From Methanomassiliicoccaceae archaeon (lineage in GTDB: Archaea > Thermoplasmatota > Thermoplasmata > Methanomassiliicoccales > Methanomassiliicoccaceae), in assembly GCA_963728405.1 (NCBI GenBank), contig CAVSJV010000017.1, forward strand, positions 160,001 to 224,000: a stretch of 64,000 nt of DNA. Reading direction: 5' to 3'. The position numbers and the translations under genes were made by a program. Below, piece by piece: positions 31,767 through 42,155 of this stretch. The first letter of the stretch is position 1. Every line of letters begins with the position of its first letter. The notes under the pieces are model-generated. The model saw only the letters and a program-made list of their open reading frames with translations. It was not told where the DNA came from and made no database searches.

Positions 31767-32411
31767 CCCTTCAACTTGATCTGTACGTGGTCACCGATGC
31801 AGAGCTGTCCCGCGGCCTGGGCCACCTGGGGTCGGCCCGGAGAGCACTGGCCGGGGGAGCAGACGCGTGGTCCAGCTAAGGGACAAGAAGCTATCCGGGA
31901 GAGAGCTTTTTCTTCTGGCCGTGGAGCTGAGGAAGCTGACCGCGATCTCTGGAACGCTCCTAATCGTCAACGACCGAATGGACGTGGCCCTGGCCGCCGG
32001 AGCGGACGGGGTGCACCTGGGCCAGGACGACCTGCCAGTGGCAGAGGCCCACCGCATCGCCCCTCCTGGGTTCATCATCGGGGCCTCCGTCCGAACTGTG
32101 GAAGAGGCCATCAGGGCGGAGAAGGACGGGGCAGATTATGTTGCTCTAAGCCCCATCTTTGACACCGGCTCGAAAACAGATGCCGGCCCCGGCCAGGGAT
32201 TGAGGGCCCTGAGAGCCTCCGAACAGCGGTGGCGGTGCCGGTCGTGGCCATCGGAGGGATCGACCGTAACAATGTGAGCGAGGTCATCGGGGCGGGCGCG
32301 GACGGCGTGGCGGTCATCTCTGCGGTGCTTGGCCAGGCCGATGTGGAATCAGCAGCCCGGGACCTCAAGGCCCGGGTCGTGAAGGCCATGGGCGCAAGGG
32401 CGAGGATGTGA
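31763..32411 (+). CDS. thiE: Thiamine-phosphate synthase; indels at ~31860 and ~32220
   Basis: [48 protein letters not shown]. Confidence 0.9.
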
Positions 32412-32495
32412 ACTTCCTTCCCCCCACACCCAAACGTTCCGGGACGGCCACAGGTTCATGACCCTTCGCGCTCTACCTTTCTGTGGGTTGCCAAG

Positions 32496-32747
32496 ATGAC
32501 CGATAAGAAGCCGACCATGCCCGGGGGTCTCACTCGGGAGGAGTTCAACGGCCTCCGGGAGGACCTCCAGCAGCTGTTGAGCGCTCATCCCCGCGCGAAG
32601 TTCACCATGATCTTCCTGGACCGAGGAGGCCGAAGGACCGAGGATTGTTTCCGGGCCACGAAGTATGGACTTACCGTACATGAGGATGAGAAGCTGCTGT
32701 ACGAGGAGTTCGGGGACGTTGTCGATGGCGAGGTCAGAAAGGGATGA
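32496..32747 (+). CDS. Hypothetical protein (83 aa)
   Basis: Clean ORF with host-like codon use. Confidence 0.6.
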   Translation: MTDKKPTMPGGLTREEFNGLREDLQQLLSAHPRAKFTMIFLDRGGRRTEDCFRATKYGLTVHEDEKLLYEEFGDVVDGEVRKG

Positions 32748-32811
32748 CTGAGAGATCCGAGGGAGGATCGGACTACGGCCCGGTCCTGCTCGAGCATAAG
32801 GTGGGAAATGC

Positions 32812-33870
32812 TTGACCCATAAGCACTGGCGTCCGTTCATCTATATCGCTTGCTCTGCCGCGCTGTTCGGAGCGAGCGCTCCGATGGCAAAGCTGTTAGT
32901 GCAGGATCTCTCGCCAGTGGCCCTGGCTGGTTTGCTTTATCTGGGCGCGTTCCTCGGATTGACCGTCTATCTTTCATTGTCCAGGGCGTTCTCTCACCGG
33001 GCAGAGAAGAAGGCCGAGCCCCTCCACAGGGTCGACCTGCCGTACCTGGTAGGGGGGATCGTGTCTGGAGGGATCATCGCCCCCATCCTTCTTCTGACCG
33101 GTCTTTCCACAGTCACCGGCTTCGCCTCCTCTCTCCTGCTCAACCTGGAAGGGGTGGCCACCGCCCTCATCGCATGGATTGCCTTCCGCGAGAGCATAGG
33201 AAAGAGGATATGGATCGCCCTGGCGTTCATGACCGCCGCCGGGGCGGTGCTCACGTTGGATACCGGCAACGGGGGGGCCTCTGCGCTGGGGGCCGGCATG
33301 ATCGCCTTGGCCATGGTATTCTGGGGGTTGGACAATAATCTCACCAGACAGATATCGGAGCGGGACCCTCGGCAGATCGCCATGCTCAAGGGGCTGGTGG
33401 CGGGGAGCGTGTCCCTGGGTTTGGCATTCTTCCTGGGCCAGGGGCCCGCTTTAAGTTCAGAGGTGCTCGTTGCCCTGGTCCTCGGCTCGCTGAGCTACGG
33501 CGCGAGCCTAGTATTGTTCATCCTGGCCCTGAGCGAGCTGGGCTCGGCGAGGACGGGTGCGTTCTTCAGCCTGGGCCCCTTCGTCGGCGCGGCCATATCC
33601 ATTCCGTTGTTGAGCGAGAACCCTGACCTTCTGATGATACCGGCCGGGGCGTTCATGGCCCTAGGAGCTTATCTGCTGCTCACTGAGCGTCACTCTCATC
33701 TCCACAATCATGAAAGGATCGTGCATACCCATGCTCATGTCGTTGACGAACGTCATCAGCACGACCACCCCACGAGCATCGAGGGAGTGCATGAACACGA
33801 GCACGTGCATGTGGAGGAATTGCACTCTCACGAGCATCTGCCGGATGCCGAGCACCGCCATGGGCATTGA
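32812..33870 (+). CDS. DMT/EamA family transporter with His-rich C-terminal tail
   Basis: About 10 TM segments, SLLLNLE, WGLDNNLT; HxH repeats ending HRHGH. Confidence 0.88.
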   Translation: MTHKHWRPFIYIACSAALFGASAPMAKLLVQDLSPVALAGLLYLGAFLGLTVYLSLSRAFSHRAEKKAEPLHRVDLPYLVGGIVSGGIIAPILLLTGLSTVTGFASSLLLNLEGVATALIAWIAFRESIGKRIWIALAFMTAAGAVLTLDTGNGGASALGAGMIALAMVFWGLDNNLTRQISERDPRQIAMLKGLVAGSVSLGLAFFLGQGPALSSEVLVALVLGSLSYGASLVLFILALSELGSARTGAFFSLGPFVGAAISIPLLSENPDLLMIPAGAFMALGAYLLLTERHSHLHNHERIVHTHAHVVDERHQHDHPTSIEGVHEHEHVHVEELHSHEHLPDAEHRHGH

Positions 33871-33954
33871 GATGCATCGTCTGTTCACGGACGATTCCAA
33901 TATACCATCGGAGGGCCGCTAATCTTTCTCCCAAAGGTTATTAAGCGGCTGTCT

Positions 33955-35061
33955 GTGATGGGCCGAAAAGGTAAACTGGAGCGTGAAGCACTGCCCTCAC
34001 AATATTCGGCGCTAGATGCGATGTTCAACGGCGATATGGCATCGTCCAGTCTCCAGGGCTCCCATTTTTACCGCATGGCGCCGTTCCGCCTGCAGATCGA
34101 ATGTTCCATCAAATGCGCGGCCGATTGTTCCTATTGCTATGCTAAGGCCACTTCCATCGGCGAACCGCTTACCACACGCGAGATAAAAGGCCTGTTGCGC
34201 CGGGCCTCTAGCATAGGCATCAAGCAGATCGATTGGATGGGCGGAGATCCTCTGGAGCGGCCAGACTGGATCGAACTGTTGCAGGCCGCTCGGTACAATG
34301 GTATGACCAACAATCTGTGGACCTGCGGACCCCGTCTCAATGATATCGGCAGGGCCAAGTGGGTCCTGGACCTGACCCAGGGCGGCTACGTGATGATTCA
34401 CCTTGACTCACTGGACCCAGACGTTTTGCAATCGATGCGCTCGACCTACAACCCACTGACCACCCGGGAGACGTTGCGGGGAGTGGAGCTCCTCCTAGAG
34501 ATGGGCAAGCCTCCTGAGGAGATGGGCAACCTTCTAATGCAGACCGCCGCCCAGACCCCCAGGGACATCGGGGAGACAATGACCTACCTCTATCAGCATT
34601 ATGGCCTCCGGACCTGCCTCATGTCCCTCAAGCCGGTGGACGAGACCGGCAAACTGTATACGATGCTGCCCCGGGCCGAGGATGTCAACGCCGCCTATCA
34701 GATGCGGGACGAGCTGTTCCTTAACGGCCATAATATGGGGTGCCAGGACCTTCCTAAACAGTATTGCGGCTCCACCTTGTTCATCTCGATCGATGGACGG
34801 GTGTCCTCATGCTACTCCCTCCGCCGGAACCTGGGGTCAGTGCGCGAGCACACCTTGGAGGACATTATTTCGAGCAATTCATCGTCGCTGTTCTTCACCG
34901 GATTCAGGAAGGAGGAACATAATATCGTCTGCGGTTCGTGCGAAAGAGATCTGTGTTGGGGATGCCGGGCCAACGCCTTCTACTTCGGTGGAGGCGTTTA
35001 CTCGCAGGATCCCTTGTGCCCTCGGAGCGGGCGTTCCTCCAAGGTCGATCTGCCGTACTAA
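33955..35061 (+). CDS. Radical SAM protein with SPASM domain
   Basis: CAADCSYC, GGDP; SPASM C..C..G.V..C and CGSC..LCWGCRA..DPLC. Confidence 0.88.
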   Translation: MMGRKGKLEREALPSQYSALDAMFNGDMASSSLQGSHFYRMAPFRLQIECSIKCAADCSYCYAKATSIGEPLTTREIKGLLRRASSIGIKQIDWMGGDPLERPDWIELLQAARYNGMTNNLWTCGPRLNDIGRAKWVLDLTQGGYVMIHLDSLDPDVLQSMRSTYNPLTTRETLRGVELLLEMGKPPEEMGNLLMQTAAQTPRDIGETMTYLYQHYGLRTCLMSLKPVDETGKLYTMLPRAEDVNAAYQMRDELFLNGHNMGCQDLPKQYCGSTLFISIDGRVSSCYSLRRNLGSVREHTLEDIISSNSSSLFFTGFRKEEHNIVCGSCERDLCWGCRANAFYFGGGVYSQDPLCPRSGRSSKVDLPY

Positions 35062-35808
35062 TCGTAAAGGGCCGGTTCGAGCACGAACTTGCAGAAGTTG
35101 CTCTTGGTCCCGAAGCATTCCGAATGGGTCACGCGCAACGGCACTCCCGTCCGGCTATCGAAGATCGCTTCCATGATCCCCTCGTTGAGGATGCACAGCG
35201 TCTTTCCGACATCCGGCACATCGGACATGTCATAGTCGTCCTTCACGATGATCGTCAGGGGCACCAGGGAATAGACGTTCAGTTCCCCCAGATCATGCTG
35301 GATGTAGAACTCCTTCACCTCATCGATCAGTCCCTTGACCTCGGTCGATTTCATGTGCCGGGCCACCGAAACGCCGATCTGGCGGCCGATGTCCTTGAGC
35401 ACCGGGTCCATGTTGAGACCGATCGCCTCCACCCCGATAACCAGCGCTCTCAGCTCACCTTTTAGGAACTTGGTCGGCGAGCCGATGCTCTTATCAATGA
35501 TGCTGGTGACAGCCTTGGCCAGATCCTCACGCGGAACGACCGAGCTCCCCACTGGCTTGGACACGAGGTAGAAGATCTTACCGTCGGTTGTCGGAAGGAT
35601 CGTCCCTGGATGCCACCAGCCCTTCTTTGACCATCTTGTCCAGGTGGACGGATAACGTGGATTGCGCCTTCCCAGTCAGCTGGGCGATCTCTGACAGGCT
35701 CAGGTCCCGCCTCTGCAGCTCGCTCAATATCTTCTGTCGCACAGGATTGGATATCTGTTTCAACCCGGAGCTGGTAGAATAGACGTCGAGCGCAGAACTC
35801 TTCTTCAT
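35058..35808 (-). CDS. ArsR-type wHTH plus V4R domain transcription regulator; extra G at ~35581
   Basis: ISNPVRQKIL, AQSTLSVHL, D.RRKIF; V4R LC.LNEG..EC....CKF. Confidence 0.82.
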
Positions 35809-35920
35809 AGGGTTCGGTAGACTAATCGCTCCGTCCATATTATAACTTGACGATTGTTCGCTTAACGCTGTTAAGCCAAGCCTTTTCTATCACTGACAGG
35901 AATCACTTGAATGTCTTAAC

Positions 35921-36946
35921 ATGAGGGTCATCAAAGGTAAGAAGAGCATCGAAACGAGGGCGGTCTGGTATGAGGACGGCAAGGTCCGCATGATCGACCA
36001 GCGCATCCTCCCCCAGAGATTCCGGATCATTGATCTCACCGATCATCACGGTGTGGCCGAGTCCATCAAGAACATGACCATCCGGGGCGCGCCCTCCATC
36101 GGGGCGGCCGCCGCTTACGGAATAGCCCTGGCCGCAGTGAACAAAGAGAATGTCCAAAAGGCGGCCGAACTGATCAAGAGCACCCGTCCCACCGCCTACG
36201 ACCTATTCTATGCGGTCGACCACATGCTTCGCTCCCTGGAGCTGGGCGATGACCCGGTGGAAGCGGCCGATGGATACGCTGACCAGATCATAGAGCGCTG
36301 CCGTCTCATCGGCAAGTACGGCGCTCAGCTCATCGGGGACGAGCAGAACATCATGACCCACTGCAACGCCGGAGCCCTGGCAACGGTGGACATAGGGACT
36401 GCTTTGGCACCAATTCGGACCGCCTGGACCGAGGGCAAGCACATCTATGTCTACGTTTCCGAGACCAGACCCCGCCTACAGGGGATGCGGCTCACCGCCT
36501 GGGAGCTCTACAATGAGGGCATTCCCCATGCCATCATTGTCGATGGAGCCTCCGGCCATTACCTTCGCAAGGAGGTCAATATTGTCATAGTCGGCGCCGA
36601 CCGCATCGCCGCCAACGGGGACTTCGCCAACAAGATCGGTACCTTCGACAAGGCAGTGCTTTGTCGCGAGCTGGGTGTGCCGTTCTATGTGGCCGCGCCC
36701 ATCTCGACCTTCGACTTCTCCCTACCGACCGGCGATAACATCGTCATCGAGGACCGCTCCGAGGATGAGGTGACCTACGTTGGAAAGGAGAGGATCGCGC
36801 CCAAGGGGTCTCCGGCCCTGAACCCCTCTTTCGATATGACCCGGGCCAAGTACGTCACCGGGTTCATCACCGAGGCCGGCATCCTCCGGCCCGAGGAGAT
36901 CTCCAGAGTTCGCAAGGAGCAGTTCATGGAAAAGGGAGAACTATGA
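35921..36946 (+). CDS. mtnA: S-methyl-5-thioribose-1-phosphate isomerase (eIF2B-like)
   Basis: IDQR.LP, IRGAP, TRPTA, THCNAGALAT, ETRP.LQG, GADRI, ANKIGT. Confidence 0.9.
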   Translation: MRVIKGKKSIETRAVWYEDGKVRMIDQRILPQRFRIIDLTDHHGVAESIKNMTIRGAPSIGAAAAYGIALAAVNKENVQKAAELIKSTRPTAYDLFYAVDHMLRSLELGDDPVEAADGYADQIIERCRLIGKYGAQLIGDEQNIMTHCNAGALATVDIGTALAPIRTAWTEGKHIYVYVSETRPRLQGMRLTAWELYNEGIPHAIIVDGASGHYLRKEVNIVIVGADRIAANGDFANKIGTFDKAVLCRELGVPFYVAAPISTFDFSLPTGDNIVIEDRSEDEVTYVGKERIAPKGSPALNPSFDMTRAKYVTGFITEAGILRPEEISRVRKEQFMEKGEL

Positions 36947-37569
36947 GCGATGGTGCGCTCCGCCAGATGCTGACAGACATAAGCAAGCTGGCCTACGATC
37001 GCCGGCTGACCTTTGGGGCCGGTGGCAACCTCAGCGCCCGTTTGGATGACGACACTATCCTGATCACACCTTCCGGTACGATCAAGGGGCTGCTGTCCCC
37101 GGAGCAGATGATCCGGGTCGACGCCCGAACGGAGAAGGCCATAGGGGGCGGGAAGCCGTCCATGGAGACGCCGTTCCATACTGCGCTCTATCGGGCTCGC
37201 CCCGACATCGGGGCGGTCGTCCACCTGCATCCGCCTTCCTGTACCGCACTGGCAGTGATGTCCCGAAACCTGAGATCGGCCATCACCCCGGAAGGGGTGC
37301 TGGTCCTAGGCGACTACGTACCTACAATCCAGTATGCCACTCCCGGTTCGGAAGAGCTGGCCCAGGTGATCGTTGACGGTCTTGGCAAGAGCAGTGTAGG
37401 CCTGCTGCAGAGCCATGGGGCACTGGCGGTGGGCAAGGACCTCATGGAGGCGTTCGGCCGGATGGAAACGATGGAGTACATCGCCACCCTCCAACTGAGA
37501 TGCGAAGAGCTAGGCGACCTGGAGGACCTGCCCGAGGAGGAGGTCGACCGGATGCTCATCAAAAAGTAG
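36943..37569 (+). CDS. Class II aldolase/adducin family protein
   Basis: GGNLS, ITPSG, PSMETPFH, HLH, HG Zn ligands; ATGA-coupled to mtnA. Confidence 0.9.
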   Translation: MSDGALRQMLTDISKLAYDRRLTFGAGGNLSARLDDDTILITPSGTIKGLLSPEQMIRVDARTEKAIGGGKPSMETPFHTALYRARPDIGAVVHLHPPSCTALAVMSRNLRSAITPEGVLVLGDYVPTIQYATPGSEELAQVIVDGLGKSSVGLLQSHGALAVGKDLMEAFGRMETMEYIATLQLRCEELGDLEDLPEEEVDRMLIKK

Positions 37570-37596
37570 ATGATTAGGCAAGGAGTGCGGTGTCCG

Positions 37597-38733
37597 ATGA
37601 TCCTGGTAACGAAGTGGTTCGGCGTGTTCATGGCCGATAAGGAAAAAACAAAGGTCGTAGGCCATGTTCTCTTCGAGAAAGACCCCAAGATCATCGCCGG
37701 CAAGCTCGCGTTGGTCCAAAAGGGCGAGATCCTTCCGGAGGAGGAGAAGCTGGCCCAGAAAAGGATGCGGGTCGCCGAGCCCCGCCTGTCCCCGTTGGGC
37801 AAGCCAGAGGTGTTCGACTCCGCGTTCATCAAGGCCGAGGACTACGGGTTCTCTCCTCAATTGATGCAGAAGGTGATGGTCGAGCTGGGCAAGATACGAA
37901 CCAGGGAGCCTCTCCCCGCAGACCGCTTCATCGTCCAGGCGGTAAGGGCGCTGGACGACACCATCGAGACGATCAACCTCATGAGCGAGCGGCTCCACGA
38001 GTGGTATGGGCTACACTTCCCCGAGCTGGCGGACTACGCCAACGAGGAGCGGTATGTTCGGTTCATCGCCGAGAAGGGAGCGCGGGAGGGCATCCTGAAC
38101 GCTCTGGACCTCCAGCTCGAGTCGGTAGGCTCGGAACTGGAGGAGAAGGACCTGGAAGTGGTGAAGGGGTTCGCCGCATCGCTGCTGCTCCTATATGGTG
38201 AGAAGGAACGCTTGGAAACCTACATCGCCGACCGCATGCAGGAGGCGGCCCCCAACCTTACCTCGATCGTAGGTGCTAGCCTGGGAGCGAGGCTCATCTC
38301 CATCGCCGGCGGATTGAAACGGCTGTCCCAAATGCCCGCGGGCACGGTCCAGCTGCTTGGCGCGGAGAAGGCACTGTTCGCCCATCTCCGGCAGGGGAAG
38401 AGACCGCCCAAGCACGGTATCATCTTCCAACATCCCACCATCCACCGCGCCCCCTATTGGCAGAGGGGAAAGATCTCCCGAACCATGGGCGGGAAGCTGT
38501 CCATCGCCTCCAAGGTCGACTATTTCAAGGGCGAGTTCGTGGGTGACCAGCTGAACGAGGACCTGGCGAAGCGGGTCGAGGAGGTCATAAAGAAGTATCC
38601 CGACCCGCCCAAGAGGGTGGAGAGGCCGCCCATGTCGAGAGGGCCGCCCCCGAGGGGAAGGGGACAGGGACAATGGCAGGGACGCGGCGGACCGGACCAG
38701 GGAAGGGGGCGGGGGCCCCCCCGGAGACGCTGA
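37597..38733 (+). CDS. nop5: C/D box RNP subunit Nop5 (Nop56/58) with Gly/Arg-rich tail
   Basis: [42 protein letters not shown]. Confidence 0.93.
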   Translation: MILVTKWFGVFMADKEKTKVVGHVLFEKDPKIIAGKLALVQKGEILPEEEKLAQKRMRVAEPRLSPLGKPEVFDSAFIKAEDYGFSPQLMQKVMVELGKIRTREPLPADRFIVQAVRALDDTIETINLMSERLHEWYGLHFPELADYANEERYVRFIAEKGAREGILNALDLQLESVGSELEEKDLEVVKGFAASLLLLYGEKERLETYIADRMQEAAPNLTSIVGASLGARLISIAGGLKRLSQMPAGTVQLLGAEKALFAHLRQGKRPPKHGIIFQHPTIHRAPYWQRGKISRTMGGKLSIASKVDYFKGEFVGDQLNEDLAKRVEEVIKKYPDPPKRVERPPMSRGPPPRGRGQGQWQGRGGPDQGRGRGPPRRR

Positions 38734-38821
38734 ACGCGGCCAGGAACCATGGGTGGTCGAGAGCGGTCTCCCGACTAAGCAAAATATTTATGTAGGCGGC
38801 GTTTTCCCTCAATTGATATTT

Positions 38822-39205
38822 ATGTGGACTCAGGCCGAGGTCAGGGAGCTCAAAGTAGGACGCTACATGCTCATCGACGATGAACCCTGCAAGATTATTT
38901 CCATCGACACTTCCAAGCCCGGTAAGCACGGCGAAGCCAAGAGCCGTATCGATGCTGTCGGACTTTATGACGGAAAGAAGCGCAGCGTTGTGCATCCAGT
39001 CAAGCACAAGGTGCAGATACCGATGATCGACAAGCGGAAGGGACAGATCCTGGCCATCGCTGGCGACGAAGCGCAGATGATGGACTTAGAGACCTTCGAG
39101 AACTTCACTCTCCCCATCGACCCCGAGCTCAAGGACCAGATGCACGCTGGCGAAGAGGTCATGTACATGGTGGCAATGGGCAAGAGGAAGATCACGAAGG
39201 TCTGA
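38822..39205 (+). CDS. eif5a: Translation factor aIF-5A
   Basis: [10 protein letters not shown] hypusine loop. Confidence 0.96.
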   Translation: MWTQAEVRELKVGRYMLIDDEPCKIISIDTSKPGKHGEAKSRIDAVGLYDGKKRSVVHPVKHKVQIPMIDKRKGQILAIAGDEAQMMDLETFENFTLPIDPELKDQMHAGEEVMYMVAMGKRKITKV

Positions 39206-39219
39206 AGCTGGTCTCTTCG

Positions 39220-40113
39220 ATGCCACTACCAGGAATCAATTTCCTGGGCGCCGGCGCGTCCTACGAGGAATCTAAGTTCGTTGTGGTCGGTGTTCCTTTC
39301 GACCGGACCACATCCTATCGGCCTGGGGCTCGCGCCGCACCTAATGCGATACGCGAGGCCTCCTACAATTTTGAGCAATACCTCTTCGAACATGATCTCG
39401 ATCTGACCGAGGTCAAGGTCCACGACATGGGCAACCTCCCAGATTTCGGCACCGTGGAGGAGATGGTCGAGGAAACGAGGAAGATGACCAAAAAACTGGT
39501 CGCCGACGATAAGTTCCCCATTATCTTGGGGGGTGAGCACACCGTATCGGTGCCGGCCATCGAGGCCTTCGACGATATCGGGGTCATCTCCATCGACGCC
39601 CATCTAGACTATCGCGACACCTACATGGGACAGAAGTACAACCATGCCTGCGTCACCAAGCGCGCATCAGAACATGTGAGCCGCGATAACATGCTGGTGT
39701 TCGGCGTGCGTTCCATTTCTAAGGAAGAGAAGACCGCCGGCAATATGCCCGAGTACATCGATGCATTCTCCATCGCCCAGGAAGGAGTGGAGAAGGCGTT
39801 CAAGAGAGCTCTCAATATCATCAAGAAGGACAGGATCTACCTGAGCCTGGACATCGATGGCATCGATCCGGCGTTCGCTCCCGGGACGGGGACCCCGGAA
39901 CCGTTCGGGCTGACATCCCTGGACGTCAAGAAGTGCATCAACATGCTCGGTCCACGCCTGGTAGGCTTCGATGTGGTCGAGATATCCCCGCCCTACGACA
40001 AAGGGAACACCGCTGCCCTGGGAGCGCGAATGGTCCAGGAGGCAGTGGCGGTGGCCTGGAAATACAAGAGCGGCGAGGCCAAGAGCGGCGGCCGCTGGTC
40101 CCTTAGATTCTAA
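39220..40113 (+). CDS. speB: Agmatinase/ureohydrolase
   Basis: GGEH, DAHLD, SLDIDGIDPAFAPGTGTPEP. Confidence 0.92.
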   Translation: MPLPGINFLGAGASYEESKFVVVGVPFDRTTSYRPGARAAPNAIREASYNFEQYLFEHDLDLTEVKVHDMGNLPDFGTVEEMVEETRKMTKKLVADDKFPIILGGEHTVSVPAIEAFDDIGVISIDAHLDYRDTYMGQKYNHACVTKRASEHVSRDNMLVFGVRSISKEEKTAGNMPEYIDAFSIAQEGVEKAFKRALNIIKKDRIYLSLDIDGIDPAFAPGTGTPEPFGLTSLDVKKCINMLGPRLVGFDVVEISPPYDKGNTAALGARMVQEAVAVAWKYKSGEAKSGGRWSLRF

Positions 40114-41464
40114 CCCTTGACCAGGTCCCGAAGGACCTTCTCGCACTCCTCGGACCGTTCCTTGGCATCCTCGGGCGTTCTGGCCTCGGAGTACACGCGG
40201 AACAACGGCTCGGTACCTGACGGCCGCACTAGGGTCCAGCCGTCGTCATAGCAGATCTTGACGCCGTCGGTGGTGTCCACCCGCTGCGATGCGTAATACT
40301 CCACCAGCGCCATCAGCACCTTCTCCTTCCGCTCGTCCGGGCAGACCATCTTGCGCTTGTCCTGGCTGTACACCGGGATCCGGTCGACCAGCGTTGACAG
40401 GGGTCCGTCGCTCGGGCGACTATCTCGAGCATCTTGGCCACGGTCATGGCCCCGTCCCGGCAGAACTGGTGCTTCGGGAAGATCAGGCCGCCGTTCTCCT
40501 CACCGCCGAAGACCGCCCCCACCTCCATCATCTTGCGCGCTACGATCGGCGCTCCGACCCTTGTGTAGATCAACTCCCCGCCGGCGCGGCGGACGACATC
40601 CTCCACGGCCATGGATGAAGACACCGGCGTCACCACAATCCCGCCGTTGTTCTCGCGCACCATCGCTTCCGCCGTTATCGCGAGGCTCTTATCACCATAC
40701 ATGTAGCGGCCCTTGTCGTCAATGAATATGGTCCGGTCCGCGTCACCATCATGGGCGATGCCCAGGTCCGCCCCAGTATCGCGGACCATGGCGATCAGGT
40801 CCTTGAGATGGGACTCCACCGGCTCGGACGGATGACCGGGGAAGGTTCCCTGGGGATTGCAGTTGAGAGTGATCGCCCTGACATTAAGATCGTCCAGCAA
40901 TTGCGGAGTGGAGACCGCTCCGGCCCCATTGGCACAGTCCAGGACCACGGTGAGACCGGCGCCCCTAATGGCATCGGCGTCCACCAGGCGCATGACCGAG
41001 CCGAGGTAGGACTGCACTGCGCCGGTAGTTTGGCGCATCTGTCCCACTTCCCTCCAACCCATGGAGGTGAAGCTCTTGGTGAAATAGAGGCGTTCGATCT
41101 CCTCCTCCTTGGAGCGGGGCATCTCGGTGCCGTCGGAATCAACGCACTTGATCCCATTGAACTCTGGAGGGTTGTGGGAGGCGGTGATCATGATGCCTCC
41201 GGAGAGGCGATTGGTCTTGACGTAATACTGTACCACGGGTGTGGGGACCATACCAAGGTCGAGCACCTCTGCGCCGGCACACATCAGGCCCGACGACACG
41301 GCGCTCTTGATCATGGTGGCCGAGGTCCGGGAATCGGTGCCTACCGCCACTCGCCCCTTCATGAACGTTCCGATCGCCTTCCCCAGGTCCATGGCCAACT
41401 GGACGTTCATGTCCTTGTTGATTACGCCCCTGACCCCATTGGTTCCGAACAACTTCTCTGCCAT
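40110..41464 (-). CDS. Phosphoglucosamine/phosphomannomutase (second alpha-D-phosphohexomutase); frameshift at ~40410
   Basis: LFGTNGVRG, TASHNP, DGDADR, GGEENG; tail DGVK..LVRPSGTEP in ORF 40110..40373. Confidence 0.9.
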
Positions 41465-41468
41465 TTGA

Positions 41469-42155
41469 TCACCGCGCCTTATGGGCCTCGGAAGTGAGCA
41501 GGATGTGTATAATGTCAGCGACGTCCTTGCATGAGTCAGCGGAGTTCTCGATGCCATGGAGCATGTCCCGGAGAAGGAACACTGCCCGGGGATCGATGTC
41601 CGAGAACAGTATCTCCTTCTTGGTGACGAAATATAGCTCGTCCAGCACATGCTCGAGCCTCTCTACCTCACGGGAGTGCTTGTTGGCCAGCTCGTGGTTG
41701 ACACCCAGGTTCTCGATGCTCGCCCGTAGCTCTTTGGTCGCTTTCTCCAGCTCGATAGTCATCTCATGGTAGTGGGACCAGAGGTTCACCGGGACCTTGA
41801 CCCCGGCCTCCAGAATAAGCTGCAGGTTCATGCCCGATTCCTTGGACCAGTCGGCGATGTAGTCCATGCGGCGGACCATGCGCATGAGGTCCTCACGCTC
41901 CTTGGCATCCATGTCGCCTTTGCTCAGTTCCTCGCTGATCCTCTCCTCGATGTTATCCGCTTCCTTCTCGGACAGTAGCATACGACCGAGCGCTTCCATG
42001 GCCTTTTCTTTGTCCGCACCGCATAACGCGGTAACGGCCTTGTTGAGTTCGGACACACTGTCCCCTACCGCTCGAACATGGTCTCTTATCCCGCTCATGA
42101 CCACCGACTCACGGCGTTTACCGAACCACTCCATTAACGATTTGCGTTCACTCAA
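41469..42155 (-). CDS. DUF47 (PhoU-like) phosphate transport regulator family
   Basis: Duplicated helical E..AD..D.IAD and E..LD..AD..D pattern. Confidence 0.85.
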   Translation of the reverse strand: MSERKSLMEWFGKRRESVVMSGIRDHVRAVGDSVSELNKAVTALCGADKEKAMEALGRMLLSEKEADNIEERISEELSKGDMDAKEREDLMRMVRRMDYIADWSKESGMNLQLILEAGVKVPVNLWSHYHEMTIELEKATKELRASIENLGVNHELANKHSREVERLEHVLDELYFVTKKEILFSDIDPRAVFLLRDMLHGIENSADSCKDVADIIHILLTSEAHKAR

